A DNA stretch of 64,000 bases from Thermodesulfobacteriota bacterium (GTDB taxonomy: Bacteria; Desulfobacterota_D; UBA1144; Nemesobacterales; JAJCZQ01). Every line of letters begins with the position of its first letter. The stretch's first letter is position 1. The position numbers and the translations under genes were made by a program. This document shows positions 9,699 to 20,055 of the stretch, one piece after another. The notes under the pieces are model-generated. The model was given only the letters and a program-made list of their open reading frames with translations, was not told the origin of the DNA and ran no database searches. Location of the stretch: contig CBDBDR010000017.1 in assembly GCA_965203965.1 (NCBI GenBank), positions 160,001 to 224,000 of the forward strand, read 5' to 3'.

Positions 9699-10100
9699 AT
9701 GGAAGATCATTCCATTATACTTTTTGACGGTGTTTGTAATTTATGCAACCGTTTTGTTGTCTTCGTGATCAGAAAAGACACTAAGATAAAGTTTAAATTT
9801 GCTTCTTTGCAATCTGAGGTGGGTAAAAGAATAGAGGAAAGCATTGATATTGAATCGGAAGAATCTCCTAATTCTGTTGTCTTTGTAGATAAAAATAAAT
9901 ATTACGTGAAGTCTGATGCAGTGTTAAGGATTGTGAAAGAGCTTGGCGGTGTCTGGTCTTTGTCTTACTTTCTTTTTATTGTTCCACGTCCAATTCGGGA
10001 TTTTTTTTATGACATGGTGGCAAAAAATCGTTACAGGTTATTTGGTAGAAAGTTTCATTGTATGGTTCCCAATTCTGATTTAAAAGAGCGTTTTCTTTAA
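9699..10100 (+). CDS. DCC1-like thiol-disulfide oxidoreductase
   Basis: FDGVCNLC (DxxCxxC), FASLQS, RDFFYDMVAKNRY. Confidence 0.9.
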   Translation: MEDHSIILFDGVCNLCNRFVVFVIRKDTKIKFKFASLQSEVGKRIEESIDIESEESPNSVVFVDKNKYYVKSDAVLRIVKELGGVWSLSYFLFIVPRPIRDFFYDMVAKNRYRLFGRKFHCMVPNSDLKERFL

Positions 10101-10138
10101 TTAATACCCAATATTTATTTACGTTATTTTGTTGAAGA

Positions 10139-11731
10139 TCAAAGGGTAGTTTGGTCATCCCCATCCTTCAACAACTTATAATCAATGCTATCAACCAATG
10201 CTTTCCAACTTGCTTCAACTAAATTTTCTGATACTCCAACCGTGCTCCAGCTATCTTCACCATCAGTGGATTCCACTAATACCCGCACCATGGAGTCGGT
10301 GCCTTTACTGGTTGAAACAACCCGAACCCTGTAATCAAGCAACTTAATGTCCTTGAGGTTGGGAAAAAATTTATCAAGTGCTTTCCTCAAAGCTCTGTCT
10401 AGAGCGTTTACGGGACCGTTCCCAATGGCTGCCGTTAAGTCTTTGTCCCCGTTCACCTGCATTTGCACGGTTGCCTCTGATATTGGCTCTTCATCTTCCT
10501 CTCTTTTTTCTACAATTACCCTTGCACCTTTTACGTAAAAACGCTTTTTATAAAGCCCCAGTGTTTTTCTGACCAGTAGTTCAAATGAAGCGTCTGCCCC
10601 TTCAAATTCATAGCCGGTATTCTCCAGTTTTTTAAGCTCGTTAAGAATTAAGTTGATCTTGCTGTCCTTTGGATCCAGATCAATGCCAAGCTCTTTTGCC
10701 TTGTAAATTATATTGCTTCTTCCCGATAGGTCTGAGATCAGTACACGCCTGTGATTTCCAACGGCTTTTGGGGTTACATGCTCATAAGTTTCAGAATTTT
10801 TCATAATGGCGCTTACGTGAATACCTCCTTTATGAGCAAACGCACTTTCTCCGACAAATGCGAGTTTCTTTAATGGGGCAAGGTTGGTAAGTTCATGAAT
10901 GAAATGAGATACATCATAGAGTTTTTTTAGTTCTCTTTCATCTAAGCAGTTGATCCCCATTTTTATTTGCAGGTCGGGGATAATTGAACAGAGATTTGCG
11001 TTGCCACATCTTTCCCCGTAACCATTCATTGTGCCTTGAACCTGTGATGCACCTTCCCGCACGGCATACAAGGAATTTGCGACTCCTACTTCACTGTCGT
11101 TATGTGCGTGTATCCCTATAACGGGATTATCAAGTTTTTTATTTACCTCTTTAATTATTTCTTCAATGTTCCAAGGCAACGAACCACCGTTTGTATCACA
11201 CAAAACTAAGGTATCCACGCCCGCATCAATTGCGGTTTTTAGTACGGAAAGTGAATACTCGTGGTTTCTTTTATATCCGTCAAAGAAATGCTCTGCGTCA
11301 AAAAAGACCTTATCAACTCTTTGCTTGAGGTATTCAATGGAGTCATAAATCAATTCTAGGTTTTCTTCCAGTCCAATTTTTAACGCCTCGGCAACCTGAA
11401 AGTCCCAACTCTTGCCGACAATTGTTACAACCGGTGTTTCAGCTTTTAGCAATGCCTTTATGTTCCCATCCTCTTCACAGGATCTTTTAGCTCTTCTTGT
11501 ACTTCCAAATGCAGCTATTTTTGCTTTTTTCAAGTTAAGCTTTTTTGCTTCCTCAAAGTATCCTTCATCCCTTTCATTTGACCCAGGCCATCCGCCCTCA
11601 ATGTAGTGAATGCCCATGTCGTCTAATTTTTCTGATATACGAAGCTTGTCATGTATGGAGAAAGAGATATTTTCACCTTGTGTTCCATCACGTAGAGTAA
11701 CATCGTATATTTCTACTGTTCTATTGTTCAT
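10139..11731 (-). CDS. cimA: Citramalate synthase (LeuA/CimA family)
   Basis: [52 protein letters not shown]; start moved to ATG 11731 just after the restored lysC stop. Confidence 0.88.
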   Translation of the reverse strand: MNNRTVEIYDVTLRDGTQGENISFSIHDKLRISEKLDDMGIHYIEGGWPGSNERDEGYFEEAKKLNLKKAKIAAFGSTRRAKRSCEEDGNIKALLKAETPVVTIVGKSWDFQVAEALKIGLEENLELIYDSIEYLKQRVDKVFFDAEHFFDGYKRNHEYSLSVLKTAIDAGVDTLVLCDTNGGSLPWNIEEIIKEVNKKLDNPVIGIHAHNDSEVGVANSLYAVREGASQVQGTMNGYGERCGNANLCSIIPDLQIKMGINCLDERELKKLYDVSHFIHELTNLAPLKKLAFVGESAFAHKGGIHVSAIMKNSETYEHVTPKAVGNHRRVLISDLSGRSNIIYKAKELGIDLDPKDSKINLILNELKKLENTGYEFEGADASFELLVRKTLGLYKKRFYVKGARVIVEKREEDEEPISEATVQMQVNGDKDLTAAIGNGPVNALDRALRKALDKFFPNLKDIKLLDYRVRVVSTSKGTDSMVRVLVESTDGEDSWSTVGVSENLVEASWKALVDSIDYKLLKDGDDQTTL

Positions 11732-11735
11732 ATCA

Positions 11736-12958
11736 TCATCCAAGTTTAAAAGATTCATGAAGGGACCTTATTGCCAATTCAGTGTATTTTTCTTCTATTA
11801 CACAAGATATTTTGATCTCAGAAGTACTTATCATCATTATATTAATACCTTCTTCTGCAAGAGTGTTAAACGTTTGTTGTGCTACACCCGAATGAGTTTT
11901 CATTCCGATGCCGACTATTGAAACTTTGGATATTTTATCATCATAGATAACGTCTCCTGCTTTAAGTTTTTTGCAACCTTTTTTGTGATTTCTATTGACC
12001 TTTTAAAATCAGCCGTTGGAACAGTAAACGTCATATCGGTTAAATTGTTGTTACTTATATTTTGAACGATCATGTCAATACTGATTCCCTTGTCTGCCAA
12101 TGGCGAGAAGAGTTTGGCAGCAACGCCGGGCTGATCAGGCACTTGGGTTACAGTTATTTTTGCCTGATTTTTGTCATAGGCTACACCTGAAACCAGAACA
12201 TTTTCGATTGAATCCATTGCTTCCTCCTCTTCTACTACCCATGTCCCCTCTGTTTGTGGTTTTACGGTAGATCTTACGTGTAGTTTGATATTAAATTTTT
12301 TTGCAACTTCCACAGCACGCGCCTGAAGGACTTTTGATCCAAGACTCGCCATTTCAAGCATCTCCTCGTATGAGATTTTGTCTATCTTACGGGCATTTTT
12401 ACAGACCAATGGGTCAGCGGTATATATTCCATCAACGTCGTCCTTATAAAGTTCACATGAATCTGCATTCAGGATTGATGAAAGTGCAACAGCGGTCAGA
12501 TCTGAACCACCTCTTCCAAAAGTTGTAACGTTGCCTTGCTCGTCCACTCCCTGAAATCCTGAAACTACCACTACCTTACCGTCTGATAATGCTTTTTTAA
12601 TGTTTTTGCTGTCTATATTTTTAATTTTTGCCTTGGAATAAGCATTATCCGTTAGAATTTTTATCTGGTGCCCCTGATAGGAGACAGCTTCATGTCTCTT
12701 GGATTTCAGAGCCATTGCCAAAAGACCCGAAGAAACCTGCTCACCACTTGATGCTATTACGTCCAATTCTCTCTCATCCGGCGGATCCATTAAAGAAGAA
12801 GCAAGTTTAACAAGACGGTTTGTTTCTCCTGACATAGCGGACACAACTGCGACTACCTTGTTTTTCTTTTTAGCTTTTATTATTATGTCTGCAACGCGTC
12901 GGATCCTGTCTAAGTTTGCAACGCTTGTTCCACCATATTTTTGAACAACGACACCCAT
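11736..12958 (-). CDS. lysC: Aspartokinase; reading frame broken by a 1-nt frameshift near 11966-11984
   Basis: [24 protein letters not shown] and ACT1 lie in the called ORF (stops at 11915). The -1 frame continues [30 protein letters not shown]...[12 protein letters not shown]...LHESFKLG* to 11736, giving a 407-aa protein. Confidence 0.92.
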
Positions 12959-13401
12959 TTATCATTACCTCTGAACTTTAACATTCGCTTGTTTGAACTA
13001 TGCTCGTCCACATTTTCAAAATTTGAAATTTCTATTATAACTGCATCATCAGGCAATTCATCAATGGCTTTATCTGCCCATTCAATCGCACAGATGCCAT
13101 CGGAGAAAATATAATCCCTGTATCCTATGGTTTCCAAATCATTAGCGTCTGAAATCCTATACAAGTCAAAGTGATAAAGTTTTTTTATACCTTCGTAGGA
13201 GTTCATAATAACAAATGTCGGGCTGGTAGGTTCTTCATCAATATGCAGTCCCTTTGCGATCCCCTTGACCAGAACGGTTTTTCCACTGCCCAGATCTCCT
13301 ATCAAGGCAAATACACTGCCTCTTTCAGCAATCTCACCAATCGTCCTGCCGATACTAAAAGTCTCGTCGGAGGTTTCAGAAAGAATTGTATACTCGCTCA
13401 T
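12910..13401 (-). CDS. tsaE: t6A biosynthesis ATPase TsaE
   Basis: GDLGSGKT, SPTF, HFDLYR, IEWAD; follows nnr as is common. Confidence 0.93.
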   Translation of the reverse strand: MSEYTILSETSDETFSIGRTIGEIAERGSVFALIGDLGSGKTVLVKGIAKGLHIDEEPTSPTFVIMNSYEGIKKLYHFDLYRISDANDLETIGYRDYIFSDGICAIEWADKAIDELPDDAVIIEISNFENVDEHSSNKRMLKFRGNDKWVSLFKNMVEQALQT

Positions 13402-13405
13402 GTTT

Positions 13406-14959
13406 TCAGCGAATAGTTTCAAAAAACGGCTCTTTATCCTGAATTTCAACTTGCTTTAACGCTTTTGGTATTGAGTTTGCCACGTCTGTTGCGGTTATTC
13501 CAGAAACTCCCATCTCTCTTGCTACAATGTCCCCAGAAAGCCCGTGAATGAAAACTCCAAGCAGGCAGGCTTCCAATGGATTGTATTGCTGCGATATAAG
13601 CCCTGATATTACACCAGTAAGAACGTCTCCCATTCCACCTGAAGACATGCCGGGGTTGCCCGTGGGATTTATAAAGACGCCACCGTAAGGTGTAGCAATG
13701 ATGGTCCTTGCTCCCTTTAATACCACGTAGCATTTATGATGAACGGCAAAATTTTCGGTGTATTCTATCCTTTTTGACTGGATTTCTTTTGAGGTCTTTC
13801 CCACAAGTCTTGCCATTTCCCCGGGGTGTGGAGTCAGTATTACAGGCACTTTCAGGCTTTTAAGAAAGTCTCTGTTCTCTGCAATAATGTTAATTGCGTC
13901 AGCGTCCACAACGACAGGTATTTTGGTATTTGTCAATATTTCAAATAAGAATCTTTTTGTACCAGATTTAGTGGAGATTCCCGGTCCAATTGCGAGGGAG
14001 GTTTTTGAATCCAATGTAGAAAGAGCTTGATCCAGGGAAGTTTCAGATAAAAAACCACTGGCTTCGTCCTCCAGCTTTACGGACATTGCCTCTATTATTT
14101 TTTCATCTACGGAGCTTGCGATGGATGCAGGCACACCAACTGTTACCAATCCTGAACCTGAACGTACCGACGCGTGGGCACAAAGAGCCGCAGCGCCAGT
14201 TTTGCCCGATGAACCGGCAATTATAAGTGTATGTCCATAATTGCCTTTATGTGTATCAACAAGTCTTGTTCTGTTGATTGTTCTGCACTTTTTGAACGTT
14301 ATTAATTCAAAAGGTAATTTGTTCTCCAGTATTTTCGGTGTTGTGATGTCCGCAACGTATATCTTTCCGGCGTAGTTGATTCCTGGGTGGATTGATATTC
14401 CGAGTTTTGGAAGGATGAAAGTTACTGTGATGTTTGAAACAATTGAAATTCCCAGAGGAATGCCTCTATTGGCATCTATTCCAGATGGAAGATCAACTGA
14501 GATCTTTGGAGTTTTAAGAGAGTTAATTGTCTCAATTATTCTCTTGTAATTTCCTTTTATTTCCCTGTCAAGTCCAGTGCCAAAAATTGCGTCAATGATA
14601 AGATCGCTTTTTTTATAGTTTGAAAAATTGCTTCTCAATCTTTTGATATTTTTTGAGATATTCAATAGTGAGCCCAGATTTGTTTTGGCGTCACCCGTGT
14701 ATTCATTTTTATTTTTCAGCAGGTATATGGTTACTTCTTTTCCTGCATTAATAAGATGTCTTGCAGCTACAAAACCATCGCCGCCATTGTTTCCTCCACC
14801 GCAAAAAACCGAAACATTTTTTGCGTCGGGGAATTCTTTCAGAATAACATTTGATACAGCCCTTCCTGCGTTTTCCATTAAAATCATGCCCGGTATGCCG
14901 TATTCTCTGATTGTTCTACTGTCAATTTCTCTTATGATTTCTCTGGTTGCAATTTTCAT
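13406..14959 (-). CDS. nnr: Bifunctional NAD(P)H-hydrate epimerase/dehydratase
   Basis: LMENAG, GGGNNGGDG, DAIFGTG; HKGNYG, IGPG, DADA, TPHPGEM, GGMGDVLTG. Confidence 0.93.
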   Translation of the reverse strand: MKIATREIIREIDSRTIREYGIPGMILMENAGRAVSNVILKEFPDAKNVSVFCGGGNNGGDGFVAARHLINAGKEVTIYLLKNKNEYTGDAKTNLGSLLNISKNIKRLRSNFSNYKKSDLIIDAIFGTGLDREIKGNYKRIIETINSLKTPKISVDLPSGIDANRGIPLGISIVSNITVTFILPKLGISIHPGINYAGKIYVADITTPKILENKLPFELITFKKCRTINRTRLVDTHKGNYGHTLIIAGSSGKTGAAALCAHASVRSGSGLVTVGVPASIASSVDEKIIEAMSVKLEDEASGFLSETSLDQALSTLDSKTSLAIGPGISTKSGTKRFLFEILTNTKIPVVVDADAINIIAENRDFLKSLKVPVILTPHPGEMARLVGKTSKEIQSKRIEYTENFAVHHKCYVVLKGARTIIATPYGGVFINPTGNPGMSSGGMGDVLTGVISGLISQQYNPLEACLLGVFIHGLSGDIVAREMGVSGITATDVANSIPKALKQVEIQDKEPFFETIR

Positions 14960-15100
14960 CTTCAGAAAGTCCCGATGAGCTTTTATAAGTTTGATGTGCG
15001 GTTGTTGTAAACTTTCCCCTGAGATAGTTTATACTATTGAACCTATCTAAATTTTATACACTATATAGAATAAAGTCTCCAAACAAGCCTATACTAAAAA

Positions 15101-16201
15101 ATGAGCGACAGACAAATTAAAATTGAAGACGTACTGAAGTCTCTTCCTGAGAAATTGCTTGAATTTGCCGGTCCTGAAAATCCGACTGAGCAGAAATTAA
15201 TGGCAGCGCAGGGTTTTGTGCCTCTTGACCCCAAAGATATGGCAATGGTGTTGTTCTGTCTGACCTTTGATAAAGATGAAAACATAAAGACTGAAGCAGA
15301 AAATTCTTTAAGGGACATGCCCGAGAATGCAATGAAGGATATTCTCCGTGATCATTCAACTATTCCTGATTTCATAGATTACGTAGCCAGAAAATTTGAT
15401 AATGAGTCTTATGTGGAGTTCATATTGTTGAACTCAAACACTTTGGATTCAACTTATGCTTATTTGGCTAGGACGCATCAGTCTGAAAGCAATATTGACA
15501 TTATTGCCAATAACAGACAGAGGATCCTCAGATCAGAAGCAATAGTGGAAGCTCTCAGTGACAACGCAGCAGTACGTGTCTCTGTTCTTGATAATGTTTT
15601 ATCGTATATAAGCCACTATGTGGAGAAGTCACAAAGTGCGACAAACTCCGCTCAGAAACCACAAATCCAAGAGAGCAGGGATGATATAAACCTGAATGAG
15701 ATTGAAGAACAAGAGTCATTTCTGGATGCTGTGGAATTTTCTACTCAACTGGTTGATGAGAGTAAGGAAGAGGATTTAGATGACAGTGCTAAAAAAGGTT
15801 TTGCATTACAGGTACAGTCTTTGACTGTTGCGGCGAAGGTAAAATTAGCTCTTGTTGGTAATATAGAAGCAAGAAGGACCCTGATAAGAAGCAGCAACAG
15901 AGTTATATCATTAGGTGTGGTTAAAAACCCGCGATTGACGGATGCGGAAGTTGCAACGATTGCACAGTCCAGAGTGGTTGATGAAAATGTACTTAAGGAA
16001 GTGGCTAAAAATAAAAAATGGACGAAAAACTACAGTGTCAAATCATATTTGGTAAATAATCCTAAGACTCCCGTTAGTATTTCTTTGAATTTGCTGTCGC
16101 AGTTGAACAGTTTTGATATAAAAAAAATAGGATCCAGTAAGCATCTTCCCGGCACTATTGTACAGACGGCAAAGAGACTTACTGATTCACGAAAAAGATA
16201 A
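15101..16201 (+). CDS. Conserved hypothetical helical-repeat protein
   Basis: 366-aa ORF with an acidic linker and a C-terminal domain (KVKLALVGNIEARRTLIR...KNPRLT...LVNNPKTP) recalling a deltaproteobacterial family of unknown function. Confidence 0.7.
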   Translation: MSDRQIKIEDVLKSLPEKLLEFAGPENPTEQKLMAAQGFVPLDPKDMAMVLFCLTFDKDENIKTEAENSLRDMPENAMKDILRDHSTIPDFIDYVARKFDNESYVEFILLNSNTLDSTYAYLARTHQSESNIDIIANNRQRILRSEAIVEALSDNAAVRVSVLDNVLSYISHYVEKSQSATNSAQKPQIQESRDDINLNEIEEQESFLDAVEFSTQLVDESKEEDLDDSAKKGFALQVQSLTVAAKVKLALVGNIEARRTLIRSSNRVISLGVVKNPRLTDAEVATIAQSRVVDENVLKEVAKNKKWTKNYSVKSYLVNNPKTPVSISLNLLSQLNSFDIKKIGSSKHLPGTIVQTAKRLTDSRKR

Positions 16202-16219
16202 GAGCATCCAGATCAATAA

Positions 16220-17161
16220 TTGATGCAAGATAACTTTTTATTGTCAGATGAACATTGTCCTAACAGGGCAGATGTTATTTTCTCTAAAATATACAACAAC
16301 CACAGCCGTTCACAGATAAGAAAATATATAAGGGATGCCCATATACTGGTTGACGGCACAAATATAAAACCATCCAGAGTTCTGCGTGGGGGAGAATCTG
16401 TATCCGTGAGGTTTCCGAGTCCGGAACCTATAGAAGCCTTACCGGAAAAAATAGACATTGACGTAATTTATGAAAATCCCGATTTCATAGTTGTGAACAA
16501 GCCGTCGGGTATTGTTGTGCACGCCGGTGCGGGCAATACGAGTGGAACTTTGGTCAATGCCTTGTTGTATCATTGCAGTGATCTGTCGGGTATTGGTGGA
16601 AAGATTAGACCCGGTATTGTCCATAGGCTTGACAAGGAAACGTCGGGTGTAATGGTCGTTGCCAAAAATGATTTCACACATTCAGGACTTGCGGATCAGT
16701 TCAAGTATAAGAAAGTGTCAAAATTATATTTGGCAATTGTGCATGGAACTATCAAATCCGATGAAGGCAGCTATGTCTCCAAAATAGGAAGACACAGAAA
16801 GGATCGCATAAAGATGTCAGGCAATACAAATTACGGCAGGGAATCCACAACTTGTTGGAAGGTAATGAAAAGATTTAAAAATTCCACTCTGATTCAGGCA
16901 ATGCCGAGAACCGGAAGAACGCATCAGATAAGAGTTCATTTTTCCGAAAGCGGACACCCACTTTTGTCGGACAAACTCTATGGGAGTTCAAAAAAAGACA
17001 GATGTCTGATGGGAAGTTTTGAGGGGAAAATAGGTAGGCATGCACTTCATGCGGAAAAATTAGGTTTTATGGATCCCCGAAGCAATAAGCACCTTGAGTT
17101 TATTGCTCCAATACCGGCTGATTTTTCAAATACGCTGGATTTTCTTGGATGGACAGATTGA
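16220..17161 (+). CDS. RluA/RluD-family pseudouridine synthase
   Basis: S4 domain, VVNKPSG, HRLDKETSG, TGRTHQIRVH. Confidence 0.93.
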   Translation: MMQDNFLLSDEHCPNRADVIFSKIYNNHSRSQIRKYIRDAHILVDGTNIKPSRVLRGGESVSVRFPSPEPIEALPEKIDIDVIYENPDFIVVNKPSGIVVHAGAGNTSGTLVNALLYHCSDLSGIGGKIRPGIVHRLDKETSGVMVVAKNDFTHSGLADQFKYKKVSKLYLAIVHGTIKSDEGSYVSKIGRHRKDRIKMSGNTNYGRESTTCWKVMKRFKNSTLIQAMPRTGRTHQIRVHFSESGHPLLSDKLYGSSKKDRCLMGSFEGKIGRHALHAEKLGFMDPRSNKHLEFIAPIPADFSNTLDFLGWTD

Positions 17162-17162
17162 T

Positions 17163-17837
17163 ATGGATTTTTATAAATACAAAGATTTACCTGCGTTTTC
17201 CGGTGTAAAACACGGCTTTATACCAAATTTTAATCCGCAGGATATTGGTTTGTTGGCAAAGGGTTCCAATCTGTCTGCCATAAGGACTGTAAAACAGGTT
17301 CACAGTGATAAAATTCTGGAGATATCAACTGAAAATGCAGATGAATTGGAAGGTGATTCTTTATATACAGTCTGTAGAGGTGTGGGAGTGGGAGTTTGTA
17401 CTGCCGACTGTCTCCCCATAATTTATTTTGAAGAGCAAAGAGGTATTGCAGGAGTCATTCACGCCGGGTGGAAAGGCACACTTAAAAAGATTACTGCCAA
17501 AACTTTTACTTATCTCAAGGAAAAGCTGAATTGTGATAGCTCAAATATACAGGTTTTACTTGGTCCCTGTATTGAGGGGAAATGCTATGAGATAGGGGAA
17601 GAAGTTGCCTGCCAATTTATGAGAGAGTTTGATTGTAGTGAAGCATTTTTAACAAAGAAAAGTGGTTCTAAATACTATCTTGATCTTAAAGAAGCAAACG
17701 TTTCACAGTTACGTAGTGTGGGCATTGTCAATATTAACATTATGGACGTATGCACGTTTTGTGACGTGCACCTGCCTTCATACAGGCGTGATGGCAACGA
17801 TGCGGGTAGGATCCTCAGTTTTATAGGGTTGGTTTAG
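17163..17837 (+). CDS. pgeF: PgeF/YfiH family protein
   Basis: QVHS, TADCLP, HAGWKG, GPCI...CYE, SYRR; follows the rluD-like gene. Confidence 0.9.
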   Translation: MDFYKYKDLPAFSGVKHGFIPNFNPQDIGLLAKGSNLSAIRTVKQVHSDKILEISTENADELEGDSLYTVCRGVGVGVCTADCLPIIYFEEQRGIAGVIHAGWKGTLKKITAKTFTYLKEKLNCDSSNIQVLLGPCIEGKCYEIGEEVACQFMREFDCSEAFLTKKSGSKYYLDLKEANVSQLRSVGIVNINIMDVCTFCDVHLPSYRRDGNDAGRILSFIGLV

Positions 17838-17910
17838 TGTTAAAAAACAGTTCTTTTTATATAATGAGGTAAATAGTGTTTTGATATTAATTTGGTAGGG
17901 GATTTTAATT

Positions 17911-19827
17911 ATGATGAAGAAGGTTTTTATTATAGTTTTTGTATCATTTATATACAGCAACGCAGTTTTTTCCTTTACTCTGAAACACAGTTTTTCAATA
18001 GAGGGACATAATACAGGAGACGATGTTTTCAGGGCTCCTGCCGATATTCAAGTTGGCAGAAAAGGTAATATTTATGTATTAGACTCTACTCATCACAAGA
18101 TAAAGGTATTTGACCGCGATTATCAGTATTTGTATTCAATTGGGGGATTAGGGGATGGTAAAGAGAATTTCAAATACCCATCATCTCTCGCAATAGATAG
18201 ACATGACAATATCTATGTTGCTGATTATGGAAATTATCGGATTCAAATAGTGGGTCCAAAAGGTAGCTTCTTAAAGGCAATAGATACTTCCCAACTCAGG
18301 GGTATGATAAACAATTTGCCTGTCTCCTGTATCCCTTACTGTATATTTGTTGATCAATCAAATCATATATATATCTGTAATGTTTTAAGGGATGAATTAC
18401 TCATTTTGGATAAAGAGGGAAAACTAAAGAAGATAATAGGTGGAAAAAATAATTTAATTGATGTGCGTGCTGAAGCAGAAGGACTGAACACTGATCAAAT
18501 TGAAAAATTCATCTATGAAAGACGAAGAGAGGATGGGGATTTTTTTGGTCTGTCTTCAATAATCATAACTGATTCAGGGAATATCGTAGTTGCTGATGCA
18601 GGTAATAGCAGAGTTCAAATATTTGATAAAGAAGGAAATTTTATAAGAAAATTTGGAAGTGAAGGGGAGAAAGACGGTCAGTTTAAGCTGGATCTGGTTA
18701 ATTATGTAAGACTTGCCGATGTAACTACAGACAAATTAGGGAACATACTGGTTTCAGATTCAGGGAGTAATAGGGTTCAAGTGTTTGATGAGAAAGGGAA
18801 TTTCATAAGGAAGTTTGGCACAGGAGGGGAAAGAGACGGGCAGTTTAAATTTCCAGGGGGTATAGCTGTTGATGGTTCAGGAAATATCCTTGTTGCAGAT
18901 ACAGGGAACCAGAGAATTCAAGTATTTGATAAGAAAGGGAATTTCATAACAAAGTTTGGCGAGGGGTCAGGCAAAAGTTGGTTGGTTGATGGTATAGCTA
19001 TCAATGGTTCTGGAGATATTTTGGTTGCACATGAATATGAGAACAAAGTAAGTGTATTTAATAAAGAGGGTGAACTGATAAGGAGTTTCAGCACCAAGCA
19101 TGACACAAGAGATTCTTATATTTCCAGTCTTACAATTGATGAGAAAGGCGATATTTTTATTGCTGACAGTAAGCATAATAGGATATTAGTGTTTGGTTCA
19201 GAAGGGAAACTTTTATATGAGATAGGTAAGAGAGAAAAAGGGAAAGGAGAGTTTCACAAACCATTTGATATAAAGGTTAATGCAGAAGGGAATTTAGTAG
19301 TTTCAGAGTATGGTAATGATAGGGTTCAAATTCTAAGTAAGCAGGGAAAGTTCATAAAGGAGATTAATTATTTAAGAGGGCTCAAAAGTAATTTGTCTAA
19401 ACCGTCAGCAGTAGCTATAGATGAGTTAGGGAATATGTTAATAGTTGATAATGTTAGTGGAACAGAAGCTAATGTTCTGAATAAGAAAGGTAGGGTGACT
19501 ATTCTGAATAATAAGGGTGAGTTTGTTGGGAGTTTTATAGAAGATGGGAGTGAGTTTGATTCTATTGCAGTTGATAAGTTAGGGAATATTTTTGTTACAG
19601 ATGTAGAGAATCATCAGATAAAAGTATTTGATAAAGAAGGTAAGGAGAGAGGAGTTGTAGGAAAATTAGGGAGTGGGGTTGGAGAATTTCACAGGCCTTC
19701 AAAAATAGTGATAGACAATATGGGCAAGGTATTTGTTGCAGATTATGGAAATAATCGGATACAGGTGTTTTCGTATGAGTTTGAACAACCTGTTCAGGAT
19801 ACAAAAGGGTTGGAAATGGGAAAGTAA
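17911..19827 (+). CDS. Secreted NHL-repeat beta-propeller protein
   Basis: Signal peptide and roughly a dozen P-x-x-IAVD...YVAD.GN.RIQ.F repeats. Confidence 0.9.
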   Translation: MMKKVFIIVFVSFIYSNAVFSFTLKHSFSIEGHNTGDDVFRAPADIQVGRKGNIYVLDSTHHKIKVFDRDYQYLYSIGGLGDGKENFKYPSSLAIDRHDNIYVADYGNYRIQIVGPKGSFLKAIDTSQLRGMINNLPVSCIPYCIFVDQSNHIYICNVLRDELLILDKEGKLKKIIGGKNNLIDVRAEAEGLNTDQIEKFIYERRREDGDFFGLSSIIITDSGNIVVADAGNSRVQIFDKEGNFIRKFGSEGEKDGQFKLDLVNYVRLADVTTDKLGNILVSDSGSNRVQVFDEKGNFIRKFGTGGERDGQFKFPGGIAVDGSGNILVADTGNQRIQVFDKKGNFITKFGEGSGKSWLVDGIAINGSGDILVAHEYENKVSVFNKEGELIRSFSTKHDTRDSYISSLTIDEKGDIFIADSKHNRILVFGSEGKLLYEIGKREKGKGEFHKPFDIKVNAEGNLVVSEYGNDRVQILSKQGKFIKEINYLRGLKSNLSKPSAVAIDELGNMLIVDNVSGTEANVLNKKGRVTILNNKGEFVGSFIEDGSEFDSIAVDKLGNIFVTDVENHQIKVFDKEGKERGVVGKLGSGVGEFHRPSKIVIDNMGKVFVADYGNNRIQVFSYEFEQPVQDTKGLEMGK

Positions 19828-19858
19828 AATAGATTGTAGTCGAATTAACATGAAGTTG

Positions 19859-19881
19859 TGAGTAAAAGAGTTTTTGCACAC
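19859..19881 (+). repeat. 23-bp direct repeat, copy 1
   Basis: TGAGTAAAAGAGTTTTTGCACAC; 22/23 identical to 21494-21516. Confidence 0.85.
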
Positions 19882-20055
19882 AGACTGAAGTTGTACCCAA
19901 GCAAATGAATTATGGATCAATAACAATCAGTTGCTTGGATTTAAGCCTGCCAATCATACCAGAAGTGAAATTGTTAGATGTTTAAGTGACTACATTCCTT
20001 TTGATAATAATAAAGTTGGGGTTTCTAAAATTGGAAGATTAAGAAGAGGATTAGA

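Noticed and set aside
19918..19980. attC-like TAACAAT...ATTGTTAGAT inverted ends
   Set aside because: The inner arms do not pair, the left end is not RYYYAAC, no integron integrase is present, and the stretch is better explained as an open coding remnant.
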